64,000 nucleotides of DNA from Oikopleura dioica. Its lineage: Eukaryota; Animalia; Chordata. Where the stretch lies: positions 6,138,001 through 6,202,000 of the forward strand of contig OU015569.1 in NCBI GenBank assembly GCA_907165135.1, given 5' to 3'. The position numbers were made by a program, and so were the translations under genes. The notes under the pieces are model-generated. The model was not told where the DNA came from, did no database searches, and saw only the letters and a list, made by a program, of their open reading frames with translations. Positions 35,829 through 49,365 of this stretch are shown in pieces. How positions within the stretch are numbered: position 1 is the first letter of the stretch; each line of letters begins with the position of its first letter.

Positions 35829-37545
35829 TTACAGCAATTCCCAAAAATTAGAGTGGCTGAGGTCTTGCCCGACTTTTGCGGTCTTGGATGAGATCAAAGC
35901 GAAAATCAGAGACGCGAAACAACGTGAATTCGGATTGAGGTGGTTTTTAGAAGGCTTCCTTGACTTGAGCTGACTACTGTTAATGCTGGCGAGTAGCTAC
36001 CTGAAAGTTCTTTTGCGCTTTCGCCGTTTCTCAATTTGAAATTGGCGCAGTTTGAAAGACGCTGCCGATGAAATCGCAAAGCTCGAAGCTAGCGCAAAGT
36101 TCATAATGATGCCGACCGAGTTTGCAGCGATTATACACACTATAGCTTCGACTAAGTTGATTCCCGAGGTCACGTGATGCTGCGAGATCGGCTGAAAGGC
36201 AAAGTTCGAGCTAAAACTGCTCATCACTAGAAGATATTATAGGAAAGAGCGAAATGGATTTTCGAACCTTTCCCGAAGATGGTGTTTGGCAAGCCAATGA
36301 GGATAGTGACCATTGTGGCGAAAACGGAACAGCAAGCAGCGAAAAGCGCGGCCGCGGCGCCCAGGCCAGAGAGAATGAAGTAGACGGTGTTGAAGTGATA
36401 CGAAATTGAACCAGCAAAGCCAATGAATGCTCAATTTTAGAGCTCAAAAAAGTAGCTGATTGAACATTTTTACCGACTAGAACAGCACAAACTGCGATGA
36501 GAAGATTGAGTGTTTCGTCGGAATTAGAAAAAGCTGAGAAACTTGAGAAATTTGTGATATCGGATTCACTCCTGAAAAGTGTAACATAAATACAGTACTT
36601 CGTAAAAAGAATTTGACGAATTTTCGATGATTACCTTATTGCTTGTTCGCCGATGTTCGTATGTCTCAGTTCATTGTCGACTTCGATGAGAAGCTTGTAC
36701 CTAAATTAAAAGGTTGCGTGATAACTGTATCTTTGCTGGCATTTACGTATGTAGAAAGAGTTTTCACGCAGACTTGGTACGTTAGAAATGTACCGTTAGA
36801 TAAGCTCACGTGACTTGTTAGAATGTTTTTGAATTATGGTTTACACACAGGTTTTTCTGAGTTGGGTAAATAGCACCGAGCGAGCACAAGCTTTTTCATT
36901 TTGGATCGAATACACTAGAGCTTTAGAAAGCTCATCAGATAGTGTGTGAGACGTTACTAAAACTGGCAGAAATGACGCGCTCAGAACTTTCGATTTCTTT
37001 CTCTTCCATTTCAACTCTTTCTTGGACTCAATATAATGCTGCATCATTTACCCATAGAATGTGAAGAGAAAGTGCACAGCGCCCGCGAAAATCTGAAAAA
37101 GACAGGTTCCAATAACGATTTGTCGGAAAGTGAAGCAGCTGGCCAAACAAGCGGACGGTGTGGGAGTTATCCGTGACTGATTATGTTCTTCCACGAATAA
37201 TATAGCGTATGATTAAAAAGAGTGCTCCCTCTTTTACTGTAAGCGATGCAAATTTGTGAATTATTATTTCGAGAGAGTTCAAGGGCGTGCTCGGCATAAC
37301 GAGAAATCTCTAAGAAAGGCTCACGTGTGACTCCCTCTATCTGAGAATTACTACTTCTTGTCGGGTATGGGTGCGCTCCTTACAAGCGTAATTTTGGAAT
37401 TGTGGTCAAAATAGCGTGTTTGTTTAGAACTAGTGCACGAGTCAATACAGCTCTTCGACAGCGAAAAAGAGCCTCTCAAGCGAGCGATTTTGGATGTCGC
37501 CGATGTTGACATGCTAGATAGTGTCCGTTGAGCATTATCGCCCAT
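35829..37545 (-). CDS. Uncharacterised multi-pass membrane protein
   Basis: Spliceable exons encode hydrophobic helices (IVIGTCLFQIFAGAVHF; LLIAVCAVLV-AFIGFAG; FILSGLGAAAALFAACCSVFATMVTILIG; IVCIIAANSVGIIMNFALASSFAI), followed by a basic KRRKRKR segment. Confidence 0.55.
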
Positions 37546-39861
37546 GTTCAGCTCTATCTTTACTTTTCATATTTTTGGTGAGAGCTACCTATCCCCACCT
37601 TCACCCGCAATATTCAAAAGTCAAAATTGATAATTTCGCTATAATACAAAAATTCAGTGCTCAAAAAATCAAGAATGTGAAATCAATGGTCCGCGATATC
37701 TGTGAGTGATTGGAAAAAAAGCTTAAGAAACCGCAAAAAGTGTGCTCCTAATCTTATTGGATTCCACACTTTCTATTGAATATTTTTGCGGTCTCGTTGA
37801 AGGTGTGAATTAGAATTGATTGGCACAGGCGGTGATATTTCGCTAGGCCAAACGCTCGAGTCAAATCGAATAGATTAGCGCCGCTGGAAGAGTAAGTCGG
37901 TCAAGTGTCCTTTATCAATCCTGCAACAACACGGAGCCGCGCGAATTTCCTAGAGCAGTGGAAGGCTTTCTCGCGTTGCCATATAAATACTATGATATAA
38001 ATTATATCATATAATTATCAAAACCAATCAAAACTCTTAAAGGTCGTCAAAACATCGAAAAATATAAGCTAAAAAAGTGTTTTGCGCCTAGGAAAAAGAG
38101 ATTCGATTATCATATTTTAGTAAGTACCAAAACGCTATTGTTTTAGGGGATGATAAGCTTCTGCTTTAGTAATCACGTGCTTTATCTTGATATTCTCAAG
38201 TGAACCCTGATTAAAAGCTCTCTAACAACATTTTAAAAACAATATTCTAAATTATCTCCAATACGCGTTGAAATTTCAGAACATGTTTAACCTAGTTTAT
38301 CAATTTTCAAATTTCAAATGTGCACTCAAAAAGGGTTGAACATTCCTTGGCATCTTGATCGGCGAATCGTTGAGTGGCAAATCTTAAATGAGTTGGTGTT
38401 AAAAAAGCCGTTTATTTTAATTTCTATTTTCTGGAATTTTCGAGCAAATTTTGGGAAAAAGGCTGAGCGCGTGGTGGTATTTTTGCGTGAACACTTACTG
38501 AATAATCTCGTTTTCATACTTCATACTATCTCTTGGCATGCGTGGCGGGGGTCCTTATTACTACAAAATCTTGGGCTTATAGCACGGATCAGCGAAAGGT
38601 CGCCTCTTCAGAGAAATGAAGAACTCTTCACTCCCCGAACAAAAAGCTCTCTGATCGGGCGCTTAAAAAAATTATATGAAGTTAATCCATTTCGCAGTAT
38701 TTTTGTTTGCCACAGAGATGATTCTTTGAAAGTCAAAGCATTTTAGGGACAATGCGCTATCAAGGAAACAAAAAAGCAGAATACAAGCCGAGTAAAATAG
38801 CTCAGCTCGTCGAGAATGCCACTCACTCTCCTCAAGTGTAACTTGGATTAATCCCCGTGCCTTTCTCTACTTTCGAGCTCTAGAATGCCGTTCTCAATCT
38901 TTCCATTGTTCTGCTACTAAAGATGTTGCTGACGCACTTACCGTACTGATTGACGATTGTCTGAATTAACATAATTGCCATTTTCTGAAGTGGCGCGTCT
39001 CCAGTTAAACTATTCATAGTCACAAATTATTCTATTTTGGAGTTTTTCTTTGGTTGCTTTTGATCTCGTAAGTTTCCTGACTATCTCTACTAAACAATGA
39101 GTTTGACTGAACGCTCACTTTATTCTGAATATTTATCATTGACAATTAAGAATTAATGCTTTCTAAATTTAATCCATTTCGTAAATAAACAAGTGATTAC
39201 TTTATATTTCTAGCTAACGGCTGCGCTTCACTTGGAGCCATCTCTCAAGACGTAGGAAATACACCAGCTGGTTCTCAAGACAAAGTTGCTAGGTTAATAT
39301 TCAGGACTCTATTCCGACAAAGTGACGAGATTATTTTTTAATGCGGGACATTTCTCTAGCCTTTTGAACAATATTCTATCTTTTTGGACATTCCTTATGA
39401 TCCGCCATTATTCGAAAAGCTTTTTTCTTTTATTTTAATCAGTTGAGAATGATAAAGGCGAGGCGCGAAAATTGTAGTCACTTTGTTTAACAGCTGCTTG
39501 AACCCCGCTGCGGTCAAATTTAAGGGTTTCCTAATTTAAGCCTTATCTAGCGTTGCCGCAATTAAGGGTTTAATTATAGCTAGATTAACTTCTGCAGTGA
39601 TTTTTGGGATAAAAGATCACGTAATCAAATAAAGTATCAAAACCGTTATTTTTTTCTTGTTACAGGCTTACTATCCGTGTACTGAAGTTTTTTTCTATCC
39701 CAAAAACAATTGAAACGATAATTTTTCAATAAACTTTGCAAAGAAACTTTTATTATTATCAGCCATTGGATACGACATAAAAGATAAGGAAAAAATCAGC
39801 AGTGAAAAGCAGGTAAACACCAGAATAGCACATGACAACATCTTAAATATAGAATCTACCT

Positions 39862-41813
39862 TCAATTGTGGGAGCCAAGAATCAGATCATTGGTTCTGTT
39901 GTGCATAATATTATGCTCATCGCTTTGCAGATTTCTATCTTCACGGATAGAGTCCTTGTACTGACGATAAGCCATCAATCCACCGAGAATTATTATCCCA
40001 CCAAAAATAAGCCAACAGACTCCAATTGCTTAAAAATGCTTTTGAAACAGAAGAAAGCAAAAATGAGTTACTTGTTCGGTCGATTTTGCCTCGTTTAGGT
40101 TGTTTAGAATTAGCAGTAATGACGGGCGATCTCAAAAAAAGAAGATCTGACTTTTTCTCCTGTTTGAATTTGTCCTCCGGCCAGAGATAGGCCTTGCAGG
40201 ATACTGACATATTCCCGTTTTTTACTTTTTTCAATTGAAACGAGGAAGTGTCCTTTGCCAGCCCTACCAGGAACGTGTCTCTTCCTAAATCATCATTTTA
40301 CTTAGAAAATCAAATTTTAGTACCTTCATAATATTTATATCTTGCGAGGGGATTGGAAGTAACATCACATTTCACCGTCACTTCTACCACAGTATCATTT
40401 TCTTTCATTGCCGTTGTGGAGATGTTGGGTTTTGAAAGGAAATAAACGTCGACAGTTGTACTGTTGTGTAATTCTCCTGCCTTGCAGCGAAAATACTTCC
40501 TCGATTTTATCGTCCTAAAATCAGAGTGTTTCGATGTCAAAAAGATAAACCTACGTTTCATATGACAAGGAAATGTCTCCAGAACCATTTGCAACCACTG
40601 ACCAATTTCCAGCGACTCTCTTCGATGATCAGTGGGGGCGCAGGATTGCCATCAGCTTCACATTTAATTTTTGTTTTTTCACCAATCTTGAAATAACTAG
40701 AGGAATAAACAAGTGTGTTTATTTGAAATAACATACTTAGTGCCATTATAATCAATTGAATTCACTGTAAAAAGATTGACATAAGTCGTTAAGTATTTGA
40801 AATCCACTTTTGATTTACTCGTCACATCGTACGTTTTCACTACATCGCCACTTTCCTAAGTTAAATTAAAATCAGTAAGGGTTGCTAACTGAACCAGTTT
40901 GTGATGCATTTCGCAGGCGATTTGTCTGCCATTTATATCCTTCCCATGTGAAGAAAAGAATCCTCCGAGCTCATTTTTGTTTACTTTGAGAATTGCAGTT
41001 CCATTTTCCAAATCGACAGTCTTTGAGAACGATCCAACGGCGAAATTGGCTTTTTTTACCTTCGGAAATTCATTTTTTATCGAACACTCGGCTATTGTAG
41101 CATTCGAATCCTCTGCAGAAAAACTCATCGTTGTTTTCTTGCAAATGGTGAATATATTGCAAATATGTGAATTGAAAGAAAGAATCAGAGACTTTTTGAA
41201 ATAAATGCTATCATAAAATCACCATTTTCTTAATGCTTATGACTCCCTCTTTCCAAACTTGTAGTATGGACTGCTTGAGGATGTAGTCGTTGCCACAGGA
41301 GACATTGATTAAAACAATCTTTCCTGACATATCAACGGTCAAATCGTCAATTTCAAGCGCTCCTTCAATTCTTCGAGGCGTATTACTGAGCCGACAGGCC
41401 GAATTGTTTTTCTTATTTCCAAGGCAGTGTTGAAACTTCAACGCAATCTCCTTCGGGAGAATCTCTCCGTCGTATCTCATTTTCTTCCAAAGCGGCTCGC
41501 CATTCACTTCAACTTTACCTTGTAGAACCTTGATTCTTGAACCATTGATTCGACCAAATTCAGCGTCAATTCTTAAGAAACTCTATTTTAAGTTAAAAGA
41601 TAAAGCAAACCCTAATGGAAAGTCTCCGCAATCGACGAGCCCATTTGACAAGTCAACGGAGAACGGAATAGACAATTGTGATCCTTCTTTGACATTTAGA
41701 TATTTCGGAATCTCGCCAACATTAAATGCGTGTATTTGTGCCAGTAATAAAAACGCTGCTTTCACCTTCGACGGGCTCAAAATTTAGTGCAAGGCAATAA
41801 ACTTATCAGTCAT
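39862..41813 (-). CDS. Type I membrane immunoglobulin-superfamily protein (about 4-5 Ig domains)
   Basis: Signal-like VKAAFLLLAQIHA; Ig motifs KIKCEADGNPAP, VKCDVTSNPLA, AECSIKNEFP and VSCKA; TM segment AIGVCWLIFGGIIILGGLMAY; short cytoplasmic tail ending GSHN*. Confidence 0.8.
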
Positions 41814-42217
41814 CTGAGCTCCTAACTGAGAGATCATCATTGTATACTATTATAAATAATAACTTATTACGACATATTTCGTCCCACAGTCGAGGTTCCT
41901 TGAAACTTCAGAAACTGGGCTTTTGTTCGATTGTCTGGTGTCTCTTTTGAAAAGATCTACTATTTATGTCCAAGGTTTGAATGTATTCACTTCACCATAC
42001 TTGGCGATATTCTTTTGTTCAGGCGCTATTTGTGATTGTGTGAGTCGCTAGAGCATAAAATTCTCGTCGTTTTTAACAATGGCAAATAACAGTTACTAAA
42101 TCGACTGTTCAAAGCGTGCCACTCAATCTAAATTTTGATACTTTCATTAATCGACTCACTCATAATTCTGAGAGAGGGAAGACTAAGATTTTTAAATATA
42201 AAGCGAGCTTACTTTAA

Positions 42218-43127
42218 CCCTTACCGGTCAAATGGCAAATGACGACTAAGTTCGTGAGGCCTAGGTTCGTGTGACTAGGTTCGTGGTGGGTTCTGCCAGA
42301 GTATTGAAATCGGCCTATATTTTGGGGCAGTAAGGGAAATGGGTTGATGACTAGGTTCGTGTGACTAGGTTCGTCAAATTTTGGTTGCTAAATATGAAAC
42401 AATCTTCATTCAATAAATTTGAATCCAGTAAGAATCATTCGTCTCTCTCGTTGTTCCTTAAACAAATGAGTTCCTGTAATAATTTAAATTTGTACTCTTT
42501 TATAATCCAAATTCCACGAACCTAGTCACACGAACCTAGTCGTCACGAACCTAGTCTTCACGAACCTAGTCACACGAACCTAGTCATCACGAACCTAGTC
42601 TTCACGAACCTAGTCCCACGAACCTAGTCTTCACGAACCTAGTCTTCACGAACCTAGTCATCACGAACCTAGTCATCAACCCTTTTCCCTTACTGCCCAA
42701 AAATTTTTTCTATTTAAAATTTCACGAACCTAGTCACACAAACCTAGTCATCAACCCGTTTCCTTTACTGCCCCAAAATGGTGAAGATACAAAAAAATAC
42801 ATATAAAAATCCAAATTTCACGAACCTAGTCACACGAACCATTGTTGCCGACATGGCACCCACGAACCTAGTCACACGAACCTAGTCCTCACGAACTTAA
42901 TCATCGGTCTCGGTCAAATGCGCCATGTTACATGGCCCATGTACGGTGTATATTTTGATTTTTCAAAATTTCAATCATATCATTTTTTACAGAGTCACTA
43001 CTATTTTAAATCACCTCTTTTTTAAAAGGACTCTTCAGTGCTAACAGCATACTCTGAAAGATAGGGTTACACTTAACAACAAAACCTCAAAAAAACGTGA
43101 TTGAAAATTGGCTTTGGCCGGTAAGGG
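42218..43127. mobile_element. piggyBac-like non-autonomous element with internal foldback arms and tandem arrays
   Basis: TTAA|CCCTTACCGGTCAAA ... TTTGGCCGGTAAGGG|TGAA gives a 14/15 TIR with the right TSD mutated. Internal inverted arms 42240-42380 pair with 42720-42905. Confidence 0.8.
42515..42676 (+). repeat. Tandem array of 11 units of CACGAACCTAGTC(A/C/GT/TT/AT)
   Basis: Eleven units of 14-15 bp read directly; further copies lie at 42720-42900 and in reverse orientation at 42250-42375. Confidence 0.95.
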
Positions 43128-43399
43128 TGAAAGATCTTCTTGTCTGAATATATTACGGGTCCACATTGTTTTACTACCAAGTGCAGTGATTCAAGAACAT
43201 CAGTGATATAAATTCATGCAGAAAAGTTTAAAAGCGTCTCGCATTAAAATAAATGATATAATTTATATTTATCGCATCAAAATCTATAAAAATTTTTCTC
43301 TCGTAGTCTAAAATTATGATATTGAGTATACCAATGATAAATCTTATCAATGCCTAATCATTTAAATAAGATAATATGCGATATATATAAGCTTATTTT

Positions 43400-44328
43400 C
43401 TTTAATGAAATTATCGTAGGAATTTATATGTTTGTACAAGCTAGAGCTTCGTGTTCCTATCCTAACGACCAATGTATGCATAAGAATGCATCACTCTTCA
43501 ATTGCAAACACAGAAATTCAAGAAGCAGTTTCATTTCCATAAAGAAAATTAAACAGTTTTTATTTATGGCAGAAGAAAACTGTTTTTACACGAGAGAAAA
43601 TCCACATTGTAAAGATAGAATTTGTAACATCTGGTAGACTCACTAGAAAGATAACATTTATAATTTATTAAGGGTGACATGCAAGGAAACCGGAAACTTT
43701 TCAACTGAAACAAAAACATACTATACAATTGAGAGAAAGCTTGGAGATGTTGTTCCTCTGGAATTATGGGCATCAGCTCTTTGTATAATTAATATATCGG
43801 CAATCTTGCTCTTTGGTCTGCTCATTAAGTTCGAGGTAGGTGTCATATTCGAATGATAAGCTCATTTAATTCAAAAATTTATAACGCAACTCAATATCAT
43901 TTTATTCGTAAATTCGTTTGATTATCATAACCATAAATACTGAGTTTTAGGTATTTATTCATTTATTTGAAGGTGATGAAAAAAAGCTTTGAGCCGCTTT
44001 TATCGACATTAGTTGGCAACTTCGTGCTCATAATATTAATGACGATTTCTGGAATGACTTCATTGACTCTTGAAGCTCAGCGGCCAGCTGCTGGGTTCAC
44101 AGTAAGTAAGACAATTCTTCTATATGATAATTCTGTTAAAAGCTGCTATTTACACTCCTGGCTGTCAGCATCGTCCTGCTTATACTCTACAAAGTCTTGG
44201 TTCCTGAACCTCAGCCTGGAGACCTGTCACCTTACCAAGACACTACTGAGCCGAGAAATACTGTAATTGCGACTCCAATTACCCTGCCGAACTCACCAAG
44301 ACAAAGCTCGATAACGACTGTTGCTTAG
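43400..44328 (+). CDS. Small membrane protein with a Cys-containing luminal segment and about 3 TM helices
   Basis: Exons read CFYTRENPHCKDRICNIW, VTCKETG...LWASALCIINISAILLFGLLIKFE, VMKK...VGNFVLIILMTISG and LLFTLLAVSIVLLILYKV...TTVA*. The 5' end is unresolved. Confidence 0.55.
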
Positions 44329-44400
44329 TTATTCTCTTTATATTTATTAATTGTTTATAGTGTCCACAATAAAATATAAGCTTGGAATGAAAACATATTT

Positions 44401-45760
44401 TTACACTTCAGTATTGTATCCAAATAAGCGAAAGTCCCAGTAGTACAACTGGTGAAGTTTTTGCGAAGCCTGTTTCTTGTTAGAGACCACTTTCTGCCAA
44501 GCAGATCTCCATTGTTCTATAACTTTTTTACATTCGTGCTTTCTTTGTAAGCTATTTACCCGTGTCTTCTTGGTGGTGTGGGAAAGTCAAATTTGAACCA
44601 GCTCTTTCCAATAACCAGTTGGCATCATCCGTAAGAGTCTCAAATTTTGCAACAAAATCGAATGGATTCGAGCATGGGTCGCACACGCCTGTCTAAGCAA
44701 GATTCGGAAAATATCTATCGTCACAATTTTATTGAATCTCAACCCTTTCAATGGCCTAAGAAGAGGCTCACTTCTCGCTTGACTATCGTCTGCGACGAAT
44801 TCACAGAAGTCGGGAAAAGTGATAAGCTCGTCATCTTCTTGCGAGTGAACATAACGCCCTATGCTGTACTTGTGAAACATTTTCTCTCCGTCGTCAGTTA
44901 CTGTCGAAAATAATGCTTTCCAAACAGCATGAAGGCGGGCAAATGGATGTCGCACAACAAGAAATCGGGTGGCAGCAGTAGATACGAGAAGCCCATCGCC
45001 TCGGCGAACTGGTAGCTTCTCTGCAAAATCAATCACTTCTTGTTCTTCCTTGATTGGATTTGAATACATTATACTTTTACAGGTTACTAGCAGATGTAAA
45101 ATCCTTTCTGAGTTGAGTTATTAACATCAGGTAAGTGATCGAGCTGCCGGAACATATGAATCCATTCATGAGAGCCCGTCCGAGGAGGAGCGCATCCGAT
45201 CATTGGTGGGGATTCCGACACCAAATACCATCGCTTTGGGTGCCAGTTTAGGACGAGATCCAGAGGAGTCATAGATGAGCAACCTGTTTCAAGTAAGTGG
45301 CGTCGATCACGAAAGCGAACTGCTGTCGGAGAAGACGATGTGTCTAAAAGCGCACGGCGCTCTCCTTGGAGATGCTTTAAATGGATTTTCAAAAGCAAGC
45401 AATATTCGTTCTAGCTAGTTGAATATTATCCGTGCCTCAGTCTCTTCATCAACAAGTTGATCATCCTTTTCAAAACTAAGGGCATCATCAACAGTTGTTT
45501 CTTTTGTTGTAGTCGTAATCACAGTTGTTTTTGGAGATGTAATGAGGCCCTTCTTTATATTCTCTTTTCTTGTTGTCTCTATTTTCGTGGACTCTTTGCT
45601 CATCTTCTCGGTCGACAATGAATAATTTTCACTGACTGCATTCTTCAGCTAAAGTGCTATAAGAACATAAACACATTTTTCTAACAAACCCTGTTATAAA
45701 GGGCAAAGCATACTGCCATAAAAAGCAGCTGGAGTATTCTCTGTCTGTAAAACATAATTC
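44401..45760 (-). CDS. Golgi carbohydrate sulfotransferase (CHST8-14 / HNK-1ST, Sulfotransfer_2 family)
   Basis: Type II TM RILQLLFMAVCFALY, then a Thr-rich stem, a 5'-PSB-like CAPPRTGSHEW, a 3'-PB FLVVRHPFARL and the C-terminus LYYWDFRLFGY. Confidence 0.8.
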
Positions 45761-46176
45761 ATCTCTCGCTTCTTACTTTTGAGGACTTATTTTTACGCTA
45801 TTTTGGTTATTTGGTTGGGAACATTCTGCGAACCGTTCACCGTTTTGATGCTTAGGCGAGGTCAAACATTTTTGATATTTTGAGCGTGACAGAGAGTGGA
45901 GGAAAGCTGCACCGGTATTGGCGACTTGGAAACCGCAGAATCCGTCACAGCCGACAATCGGACATTACCGGACCACAGGCAATATCAGCCGATGATAAAA
46001 ACACTGATTCAGGAGTCAAAAGCATTGCTAAGGAAATTTATTAAACAAGTAAAATGTAGTATGCTGTCTGCAATGGTCAAGCGCATCTGGGCAGTATAAA
46101 TATACTATTTCAAAAAAAATATAAATTCATTCTAATCAGACGATAGAGGACGTAGATGATCCTTTTTAGACGCAGA

Positions 46177-47961
46177 TCAAAGCTCATCATGATCTTAAAG
46201 AAAGTAATTATTTTCGAAGCGATAAAAAGGAACCTTTGATAGTGAATTGGAACTCCTCCCTCGTCAAAGCACCAGATTCGTCACGATCTAATCTGTTGAA
46301 CTGATTATTGAGTGCCCATTCACGTGTTTTGATGGGCTGACCCTGAATTCTCGCGCATCTTTCAAGGCAGGTCTCGAACTCGTCTTGTGACATTGTACCT
46401 TCTTTAGAACAGTCTAGGCAAACCTTTTAAATTTGTTTTTCAATTGAATTACCTTCAAACTTTGGTTCTTCATCACAAAGCGCGATTTTAGCAGCGTCAA
46501 TTGGAGGCCAAGATTCGTGTATTGTAACGTCAGCGTGGAGGACGACGCTACCAGCAACGTAATCTTCGATGCCCCACTCGCCATATGCCATATGTGGCGG
46601 AATAATGAGCTTGTAGTCCACTCCTTCGCAAAGCTTTGGAACTGCCTCGAACAATCCGTTTATCAAAATTCCAGATCGAACAATAGTGTAGATTTCTATT
46701 ATGACAGATAAATAATAATACTTGATTGAAATAAGTACCTTGTGTTTCCGCAATAATCGCCCCATCGGCCTCCGTTGCACCATAACTGGCACGGATAAAA
46801 TCTTCAGCGGATACTTTAGTGCAATCTTTTGTTTCATCTTGTTGAGGAATTATTTGGACCTCGTCTTTTGGATTGTGAAAGTCGATCAATTTGACGCGGA
46901 AAATGATGGTTGCAGAAGGTGGAACTGCTCCAGAAGGCGAACCTTTTTCCCCATATGCCCAAGTCGGCGGAATAATTATTTCACGCTCTTCGCCTTCGCA
47001 CATATCAGCCAAGCCTATGTCCATACCAGGAATTACCTTTCCATAGCCTACATATGTGTTGTAAGTATCTGCTCCTTTGGTGGACCAAAAAATTTCCCCA
47101 TCCATCGTTTCGCCACGTCCGCGATACCTTTGAAAATAGTTCATTTTTGATTGCCCTGCTGTTTTACCTAAGAAAATCGCCGGTGATAGTTTTTCTTGTA
47201 CAGTTTTCAGGCATGAAGGTCGTGGTAACCAGTGGACGGTCGTCAGGTGTAAATCGATCCAACAGATGAACATCGAATTTGATTGTTGAGTGCCCAGGAA
47301 TGTTGTTGTTGTCGCCTTGTTCTCCGTAAGCCAGATGAGGTGGAATAGAAACCTTTCGTTTTCCATTGGGGCACATTCCCAGAAGTGCTTCGTCCATCCC
47401 CTTAATCAGCCATCCCTTTCCTACATACGTGTTGTAAGTCATCCCATCATCGTGACTGGAATGAAACTCTTTTCCGTTCGGAAGTATGCCCACATAATGA
47501 TATCTCACGAAGTCACCGTCTTTCACCGCGCCGTATTTGCAATCTTCGTCCTTCTCCACATCTTCGATTTCGACTTTATCATTTCGGTTGTTGATGTCCT
47601 GTAATTCGTAATAGAAGTTAATATAGCTTCCTCCAGGAATGCCGGAGACCCCCTCATCTCCATACGCTAAATGAGGAGGTATGCGAACAAGTCGCCTCTC
47701 CTTGATGCACATTCCGTAGAGGGCCATGTCCATTCCCGGAATTAGCCATCCAGAGCCGACATAAGTGTTGTAGGTGGTGCCACGAGAGAAAGAGTCGTCG
47801 AACCACGATCCGTCGTCAAAATAACCACTGTAATGGTAGCGAACAAAGTCTCCTTTTTCGACTTTTCTTGTGCACTCTGACGGAGTGAAAATGGTCTGAA
47901 CTTCAATACCATCATCGCTTGCTGACGCGAGATTTGCTAGTAAGACGGATGCAATCTTCAT
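46177..47961 (-). CDS. FKBP9/10: ER-luminal FKBP65-type peptidyl-prolyl isomerase (4 FKBP domains, EF-hands, HDEL)
   Basis: Signal MKIASVLLANLASA; repeated DFVRYHY...TYNTYVGxGxLIxGMD...IPPHLAYG; EF-hand DRDESGALTREEF; last exon encodes DHDEL*. Confidence 0.95.
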
Positions 47962-48151
47962 CTCTCTATCTCTTTTTTGAAGACTCAATCTGAGAAAGAA
48001 TCAGTCGGCTCCGTGGACTATTACAGCTGATTTTCGCACGTGGGTGTACCCAAATCGTGCCCCAAACAAACAAATTTTTAACGACCAAACAACTGGCCAA
48101 TGGAGTTATCACTTGATCTAAGATTAGTTGCTGTAAGGACATTATCGTTAA

Positions 48152-48837
48152 GGGTACCTAGGTCGAGTTTGGGTACCCACTAAAACCATTTTCTGACCCT
48201 AGAATCGGATTCTTCAGGTTCTGAGGAACAAAAAACTCTATAATAACCCTATAGCTTTCTCAATGTTTTCAACGTCAAAAACCACTTCAAACATTAAAAT
48301 CTATAGAAAATGATAGCGCCTCAAATTTGGCCGAGAATTTTTTTACCTCCGATTTTGCTGATTTACGGCTCGAATGAAAGCTTATGGCCTGGTTAACACA
48401 GTGATGAAGCTTAAAATTGCCCCACAAAATTAAAATCATTTCAAAATCTGGAATAAAGGAAGCTTATCAAGCAAAAAGGCGGAATTCGTGAAGGCGAGTC
48501 CTTACTTTTGAAAATTTTGTTAAAAAAATATTCAAAATCCAAAAATCTGCCCTGTCACGATTAAAGAGAAGGCTTTTATCTTTATAAATCCAAAACAAAA
48601 AAGACGGTTTTTATGAAAATTTTCGCCTGAATTTAGCGTTGAAGTCGGCCATTTTAGGCCGAGACGCCAACTTTGACTGCATTTTTTCAGAAATAAATCC
48701 TTGAATTCGAAAAAAGTGCTCTGTCACGATCCAAGATCTAGGATAGATCTATCGAATGAGCTATTAAAAAGCTTTTTTCGTTAAGAATAAAAGGTATTAA
48801 TTTACCCTCAAAGATAGCCAACTCGACCCAGGTACCC
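48152..48837. mobile_element. TTAA-flanked MITE (GG...CC termini)
   Basis: TTAA|GGGTACCTAGGTCGAGTT ... AACTCGACCCAGGTACCC|TTAA gives a 17/18 TIR. Confidence 0.88.
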
Positions 48838-49365
48838 TTAAGGGAGTTATCCGCACAATATCATATTGTCAATATGATAATGAGTTTGCTTTCATCTCGG
48901 AGCTTCAATTTATTATCTCGATGCTCAGACTGAGCAATCAAACACTGTGTTTGACCCTTCGTTTGGTTATTTAATATAATATTATTAGCGCTATTTCTTC
49001 AATATGCGATGAGTTGCAAGCTTCTTATATTGAAGTTACAAAGAAGTTTTGTCGATAATAAGATAGGGCAGGTCGTTTCTTCTTTCCCAGCGTTGGTTGT
49101 GTGCTACGTCGATCGAGAGGATCAGCGTGAGTCATTTGGCTTTTGTTTTTTGTGTCATTGGCTCCGCCGTCAGGGTGTCATTTTTTCCGAATTTCAAGTC
49201 CTTTAGTTTACTGCTCTTCACTTGCTCAGGCTTACTCCCTCCTGCGTGTGCCCGAAGAAGATTAATAATAAGAGAACACTTTTGATTGGCTGCTGATTTG
49301 GAAAGAGAAACGAAGTTCACAGAAATTAAAATCTTCAAAAAGAAAAGTGAAGACTGACAACTGCC

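Noticed and set aside
38318-38746. 142-aa ORF and a GGGGGTCC|TTAT element-like end near 38550
   Set aside because: The ORF has no recognisable features, and no matching left terminus or TSD was found.
42515-42900. Regular short repeats resembling a CRISPR array
   Set aside because: The units are directly adjacent with no unique spacers, the context is eukaryotic, there are no cas genes, and the array lies within a TIR element.
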